DNA of 64,000 nucleotides from a candidate division WOR-3 bacterium (GTDB lineage Bacteria; Hydrothermota; Tepidihabitantia; SM23-42; JAOAFX01): NCBI GenBank assembly GCA_039802205.1, contig JBDRWD010000001.1, positions 13,658 to 77,657 of the forward strand, read 5' to 3'. Shown piece by piece: positions 59,015 to 64,000 of this stretch (position 1 is its first letter; each line of letters starts with the position of its first letter). The notes under the pieces were generated by a model. It saw only the letters and a program-made list of their open reading frames with translations, ran no database searches and was not told where the DNA came from. The position numbers and the translations under genes were made by a program.

Positions 59015-60018
59015 AGGGAAAGGTCAACATCGGGATCGTGGGCTGTGGTATTCATGCCCAGATTGCCCATATTCCGGTTTTCAAAAAAAATGAAGATTGC
59101 AATCTGCTTGCTCTTTGTGATATTGATACCCAGAAATTAGAACAGATTGCCAACAAATATAATATCCCCCGAAGATACAGTGATTTTCAAGAGATGATTG
59201 AAGATCCCGAAATCAACGCCGTGGTAGTTGCTACCCCCAATTACCTCCATGCCCCGATGACGATTGCGGCCTTAAAATATGGCAAAGATGTGCTATGTGA
59301 AAATCCCATGGCAATAAATCTTAAGGAAGCCCGGGAGGTCCTGACGGTGTCAAAACAGACCAAGAAAAAAGTTGCCCTGGCCCTTACCGGACGATTCCGA
59401 CCGGATGTTCAGACCTTGAAAAAATTTATCAAAGAAGGTGAATTAGGCGATGTTTATTATCTCAAGGCCGGATGGCTTTTGGGTATGAAAGAATGGATTC
59501 TCTCCGACTGGCGTATGGACTTATTAAAAAGTGGCGGGGGAGCATTTTTAAGCCTTGGCTCTCAGGTCTTAGCGATTGCCCTTTATTTCCTTGAGGATAA
59601 AGAACCCACCACCATTTTTGGTTCTTTACATAAAAAAGAATCCGAAGTAGATGTTGAAGATACCGCCATGTGTATCATTAATTATCGTGACGGGACACTC
59701 CTTACCGTGGAAGTGGGCTGGTCATTATTGTTTGAGAAAGACTTCCTATATTGTAACATCTTCGGCCGAAAAGGCGGCGCCCTTCTTAATCCTTTAAAGA
59801 TCCACAAAGAATTACATAATGAACTGGTAAATGTGACGCCTTCGTTTCCTGTGAAAAACTTCTATAAAGTTGCTTATGAACTTCAGGCGCAGTTTTTTAT
59901 TGACGCGATCAGAAAAAATTCCCCACCCCCTTTCTCGGCTGAAGAAGGCGTATTAATTGCCCGCCTCACTGATGCCTTCTATGAATCTGCTACGAAAAAT
60001 AAATTGGTGAAAATTTAA
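59011..60018 (+). CDS. Gfo/Idh/MocA-family NAD(P)-dependent oxidoreductase
   Basis: N-terminal Rossmann GxGxxA (IGIVGCGIHAQIAH). The EKP-like motif (CENPMA). Start overlaps the glnA stop. Confidence 0.7.
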   Translation: MKGKVNIGIVGCGIHAQIAHIPVFKKNEDCNLLALCDIDTQKLEQIANKYNIPRRYSDFQEMIEDPEINAVVVATPNYLHAPMTIAALKYGKDVLCENPMAINLKEAREVLTVSKQTKKKVALALTGRFRPDVQTLKKFIKEGELGDVYYLKAGWLLGMKEWILSDWRMDLLKSGGGAFLSLGSQVLAIALYFLEDKEPTTIFGSLHKKESEVDVEDTAMCIINYRDGTLLTVEVGWSLLFEKDFLYCNIFGRKGGALLNPLKIHKELHNELVNVTPSFPVKNFYKVAYELQAQFFIDAIRKNSPPPFSAEEGVLIARLTDAFYESATKNKLVKI

Positions 60019-60027
60019 AGATGCCCA

Positions 60028-61503
60028 ATGAAAAAAATTTTTTTGATTCTGCTTTCGGCGATCCTCCTTTCCCTTGCATTTCATCCGCTTAAGTTTCATT
60101 TTCTCGCCTGGTTTGGACTCATCCCGTTATTATTTGTAATTTATCAGACGGATTTGATTAAAACATTTTTTTACGGACTTATTTGGGGCTTTTTATTCGC
60201 CCTCTTCTCCCTCTTCTGGATCATCTTTCTCCAGATTGAAACTAATATAAAAATGCTGATGATCCTGGGCATGGTGTTGATGTTTTTATATCTGGGGTTA
60301 TACAGTGCCGTGGGCTTTTTATTCTCCAAATTACTCGGACTCTGGTCGTTGCCTATTATCTGGGCAGGTCTTGAATATTTAAAAGGGCTCGGAGAACTTG
60401 GTTTTCCCTGGCTTTCGCTTGGATATTCCCAAGCCCGTTATCCTTTAATAATCCAGCAGGCTTCTATTTATGGAGTGTATGGGATATCTTTCTGGCTGGT
60501 TCTTTTCAATGTTTCACTTTTTTATTTTTTGCTCAACAAAAAGATACGAAACTTCGTTATATCTATCATCATCTTTCTATTACCAATTTTATTCGGGTAT
60601 ATAAGGTTAAATAATAAACCCAATTTTTCAAAAGAAATCACTGTTGGTATCGTCCAACCCAATATCGACCCAAATTTGAAATTTACTGCCAGGATGCGCG
60701 ATGAAACATTCCGACGTCTATTAAAACTCTCTGAAATGTGTCAGGAAAGAAGTCCAGATAAAAAACTTTCCTTGATTGTCTGGCCCGAAACTGCAACTCC
60801 GATTAATATCAAAGCTCCGGGTACCTACCAGGATTCGGTAATAGGTCTGACAAATAGGCTCGGTGTTCCAATATTGACTGGAACACCCATATACGACAGG
60901 CAAAAACACGAGATTTACAATGGGGCGGTCCTAATTGATCCTGAAAAAGACATAACCCAGGAATACAAAAAAATTCATCTCGTTCCCTTCGGCGAACATA
61001 TCCCTTTTGATAAATACATCCCCTTATTTAGAAAGATCGACTTTGGCGAAGGTGATTATTCACCCGGAAATGAATATACGGTATTTTCGACTAATGGTAT
61101 AAAATTCTCGTGTCTTATTTGTTTTGAATCAATATTCCCGGAAATATCAAGAGAGTTTGTGAAAAAGGGAGCCCAATTACTCGTCAATATCACGAACGAC
61201 GGCTGGTTTGGAAAGATTTCCGGACCCCAGCAACATAATGATATGGCAATCTTAAGAACAGTAGAAACTGGTGTTCCCCTGGTGCGCAGTGCCAATACCG
61301 GCATATCAATGGTCGTAGACCAGTATGGTAGGATAAAAAAAGAAACAGAACTCTTTACTGAGGATATAATAACTTTTTCTTTACCGCATTTCAATATGCA
61401 TACCATCTATCTTGTCATTGGAGATTTATTCTGGCTACTCTGTCTCTTATTAACCCCTTTCTTTGCTGCCTATAAAATTTTTTTAAGAAACCGTTGGCTT
61501 TAA
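60028..61503 (+). CDS. lnt: apolipoprotein N-acyltransferase
   Basis: Multi-TM N-terminal region. CN-hydrolase domain with a catalytic Cys (LICFESIFPE) and the upstream E/K residues. Confidence 0.8.
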   Translation: MKKIFLILLSAILLSLAFHPLKFHFLAWFGLIPLLFVIYQTDLIKTFFYGLIWGFLFALFSLFWIIFLQIETNIKMLMILGMVLMFLYLGLYSAVGFLFSKLLGLWSLPIIWAGLEYLKGLGELGFPWLSLGYSQARYPLIIQQASIYGVYGISFWLVLFNVSLFYFLLNKKIRNFVISIIIFLLPILFGYIRLNNKPNFSKEITVGIVQPNIDPNLKFTARMRDETFRRLLKLSEMCQERSPDKKLSLIVWPETATPINIKAPGTYQDSVIGLTNRLGVPILTGTPIYDRQKHEIYNGAVLIDPEKDITQEYKKIHLVPFGEHIPFDKYIPLFRKIDFGEGDYSPGNEYTVFSTNGIKFSCLICFESIFPEISREFVKKGAQLLVNITNDGWFGKISGPQQHNDMAILRTVETGVPLVRSANTGISMVVDQYGRIKKETELFTEDIITFSLPHFNMHTIYLVIGDLFWLLCLLLTPFFAAYKIFLRNRWL

Positions 61504-61568
61504 AATTTTTTAAATAAGAAAGCCCCTTCATGTGAAGGGGCTTTCTTCCAATCAATCGCTATAGGTGT

Positions 61569-64000
61569 TTATTTTACCATTAGCACCTTATTTGTTATTT
61601 TCCGGCTATCGGTATTCATACGAACGAAATACACGCCATTGGGCAATTTCCGACCATAATCATCATAGCCGTTCCAGTTCAATTTATACAAACCTTTATC
61701 AACCTTTGCCTTCGCCAGCGTTCTTACCATCTGTCCTGCCGCATTGTATATTACAATCTCAATATCAGAACTCTTGGGCACTCCGTAGCCGATCGTTAAC
61801 TGCCCTGAGAATGGATTAGGATGCGTATTAAGAAAATATTCATTAACCATGTTCTTGTCTAATTCGCTTACTCCCACATTGAAATCAAGGACGAAGTCGT
61901 CAACATACCAGTACATTTCGTCATTCGCCACATAGTGGAAGGCAAAGCGCACATCGTTCTCACCTTGGACCAAAGATGTCACATCCACGGACTTATAGCC
62001 CGAATCATCGACATTGGAATAGAAATGAATCGTCTGCCAGGTTGCGCCATCGTCAGTGCTGACAAGGACGCGGCCCGAATCCAACCTTGAGGTAGTATAA
62101 TCATTATAGTAATGCCAGTAATTGAGTGTGTAATTACCACTGGCACTGCAATCAAACCTCGGTGAAATGAGCCAGTCGTCATGGACTTCGGTTGGTGAGA
62201 AGTAAACCCTTGCCACGGTCCGTGCCGGACTGGAAGAAGTATAGCGATGCCAGTCATTATTATCGGTCACCGGCGGGGTTTGTGAACCACCATCAATTAT
62301 ATACCAGCCACAGAATGGCGGCTCGGTTGAATTAATCCAGAGTTCATCAAAATCCTTCGTATAAGGCGGCGTGTGGGAATAAGGACATACTGTAACTACT
62401 TTAACGATTGTATCATTCTGTGGATTCTGATCGTCCGACAATTTTGTTCCAAACCAGATAGTATTATCGCCGGAAGCCGTTGGTATAAATTGTTGCGTGA
62501 ACGAATAGTTTGCAATCTGTCCAATCTCAAGATAACCGGTCCAGGTCTCAAATGTCGTATCCGCCCCACCGGTGGTGTAGAAAATCGGAATTGATGTAAC
62601 CGGGTTAAATCCAAAATTTTTAATCACTACATTAACCGGCGTGGGCTTATTGACGATGTATGGTTTAGGTCCCAGTGTCGCCGCGATAATTCCGGCGTCA
62701 TTGTTAAATGCGGTAGGTGGGGTGACATACGCCCGGACTGAGTCTATAAACATATTATTGCCATAACCACTCCGTGCGCGGAAGGCGAGATACAGATTTC
62801 GGTCGGCATGGAAATTACCAATTTCTACATCATGGACATACCAGCCGGCTGTTGCACTGTACCTGTGAAACGCCGCAACCGGTATATAGGCAGTATCATT
62901 GGAAGAAAATTCAACTATGACTGAGTCTGGATTGGTCGTATAACCAGGGTCATGATACATATAGAAACGGAGCATCAATCTTCGATTCTGAGGTCCGATA
63001 TTAATTCTGTGTGTTCTCAATCTGGCACCTGAACCACTGCTCGCACTATAGGATTGATAACCCGCCATTGCATAACCTTCCAGCGGGGTGCAAGTTGGGT
63101 TCGAACCGCTGGTATATCTTGCCCAATTATAGGATCCGGCAAGGATTGTCCGCCACCAATTATAAGGAGTATCAAAGGCTGGAGAAGTCGTTGCATTTAC
63201 TGGCGGAAATGTCACCGCATTGAAGTTTGATGCTACCTTCGTGCTTTCGTCATAGACCTCAACATGGAGTTTGGTGGTATCGTTTATCGGATTAACATCT
63301 CCTAATAAATTGGTAAATACATAAAGGGTATCCATGCCGAGGAAATTCATTACCACAGGAATTTTTATGGAATCCACAGCACCTGGTTGAAGGGTGCCAG
63401 GAAATGGTATTGCGCCACTTATCGGATTATTCTTGAATGCAAACTGAACAGGAAAACCACTCTGGGGATTAGAGCCGGAATTAAAGATAGTAACAAGGAT
63501 TGTATCAGGTGCATTGATAATTGATGTTGGATTTAATAATCGGAAATAGTATGTCCCAATGTCGTTTATCAGGTCGCGCTGCTCAATCTCCACAAGTGAG
63601 CCACCGCCCGAAAGCACAATCTCCTGATTTAAATTTCTAAATCGGTTGATATTGCCGATTATAACTCCATAATCACTCTGGGAGGCGACCGATTTTTGTA
63701 ATCCCCTTATCCATGCACTGCCATTCGGTGCATACCAGAAGATATAAGGTATTGCTGTGGTGCTGGCACCACCGACTAAAACAAGTTCATCTCCCGGATT
63801 ATCGGTCAATATATCACCAATGGCGATACAATTATCCGCAGCTCCCCAGGTTGATGTCCACGCCCAGGCAACCCCATACCAGTAGGCCCCGGTCCAGTTC
63901 CAGATTGAAACTTGATAAGAAGTTGAACCATGCACAATTCCAATTTCATTTCCAGGAAAGAGAGGATTGATATCACCGATTACTGCATCATAAGCACTGG
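61569..64000 (-). CDS. secreted protein with a T9SS C-terminal sorting domain, 5' partial; it continues beyond the window end
   Basis: CTD …HPNPFSGQLTIGY…IVIYNAAGQMV…NGVYFVRMNTDSRKITNKVLMVK. The tool start at 63935 is a GTG with no signal peptide. The frame stays open with no stop through 64000. Confidence 0.65.
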   Translation of the reverse strand, partial: SAYDAVIGDINPLFPGNEIGIVHGSTSYQVSIWNWTGAYWYGVAWAWTSTWGAADNCIAIGDILTDNPGDELVLVGGASTTAIPYIFWYAPNGSAWIRGLQKSVASQSDYGVIIGNINRFRNLNQEIVLSGGGSLVEIEQRDLINDIGTYYFRLLNPTSIINAPDTILVTIFNSGSNPQSGFPVQFAFKNNPISGAIPFPGTLQPGAVDSIKIPVVMNFLGMDTLYVFTNLLGDVNPINDTTKLHVEVYDESTKVASNFNAVTFPPVNATTSPAFDTPYNWWRTILAGSYNWARYTSGSNPTCTPLEGYAMAGYQSYSASSGSGARLRTHRINIGPQNRRLMLRFYMYHDPGYTTNPDSVIVEFSSNDTAYIPVAAFHRYSATAGWYVHDVEIGNFHADRNLYLAFRARSGYGNNMFIDSVRAYVTPPTAFNNDAGIIAATLGPKPYIVNKPTPVNVVIKNFGFNPVTSIPIFYTTGGADTTFETWTGYLEIGQIANYSFTQQFIPTASGDNTIWFGTKLSDDQNPQNDTIVKVVTVCPYSHTPPYTKDFDELWINSTEPPFCGWYIIDGGSQTPPVTDNNDWHRYTSSSPARTVARVYFSPTEVHDDWLISPRFDCSASGNYTLNYWHYYNDYTTSRLDSGRVLVSTDDGATWQTIHFYSNVDDSGYKSVDVTSLVQGENDVRFAFHYVANDEMYWYVDDFVLDFNVGVSELDKNMVNEYFLNTHPNPFSGQLTIGYGVPKSSDIEIVIYNAAGQMVRTLAKAKVDKGLYKLNWNGYDDYGRKLPNGVYFVRMNTDSRKITNKVLMVK

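Noticed and set aside
1-64000. CRISPR arrays, rRNA genes, integrase or prophage genes
   Set aside because: No regularly spaced direct repeats were seen, and no rRNA-like or phage structural genes. The only mobile-element signature is the IS110 relic.

Overview
This 64 kb window is AT-rich and comes from a Gram-negative bacterium: it encodes BamA, a Skp-like chaperone, a LolA-like protein and Lnt. The bacterium appears to use a type IX secretion system, because five proteins end in the T9SS Por/type-A C-terminal sorting domain, which suggests an FCB-group or candidate-phylum lineage. About two thirds of the window is ordinary housekeeping. On the plus strand, 1954-17952 carries a radical-SAM gene, rtcA, sucCD, secA, a PPIase, a galT-like gene, glgA, ilvE, rpiB and a MoxR ATPase. 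On the minus strand, 42864-57575 carries tRNA-Ser, tadA, tRNA-Arg, skp, bamA, clpC, a tryptophanase-family lyase, rimO, a lolA-like gene and iorBA. A further plus-strand block holds glnA, a Gfo/Idh/MocA oxidoreductase and lnt. The rest (18057-40246, plus 61569 to the window end) is an accessory island of secreted T9SS cargo: a gingipain-like C25 peptidase, a four-member paralogous family of BNR/Asp-box proteins, a beta-helix lipoprotein, and two very large CTD proteins. This island sits between two paralogous STAND ATPase-TPR signalling proteins. One has its output domains in the reverse order of a SARP (AAA-TPR-wHTH-BTAD) and is followed by a double-zinc-ribbon mini-protein. The other has an N-terminal class III adenylate cyclase domain. 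The island also contains a frameshifted IS110-family recombinase relic. Four or five copies of a cloverleaf-like palindromic intergenic element (outer stem TGTAG/CTACA enclosing UUCG/UUCA-type hairpins) are scattered through the window, and one of them abuts the IS relic. Two other oddities stand out. SecA carries a short eight-cysteine insertion in its second motor domain. A gene translationally coupled to secA encodes an alpha-oxoamine-synthase-like protein in which both PLP-binding residues (His and Lys) are substituted, so it is probably a pseudoenzyme. There are three tRNAs and no rRNA or CRISPR array.
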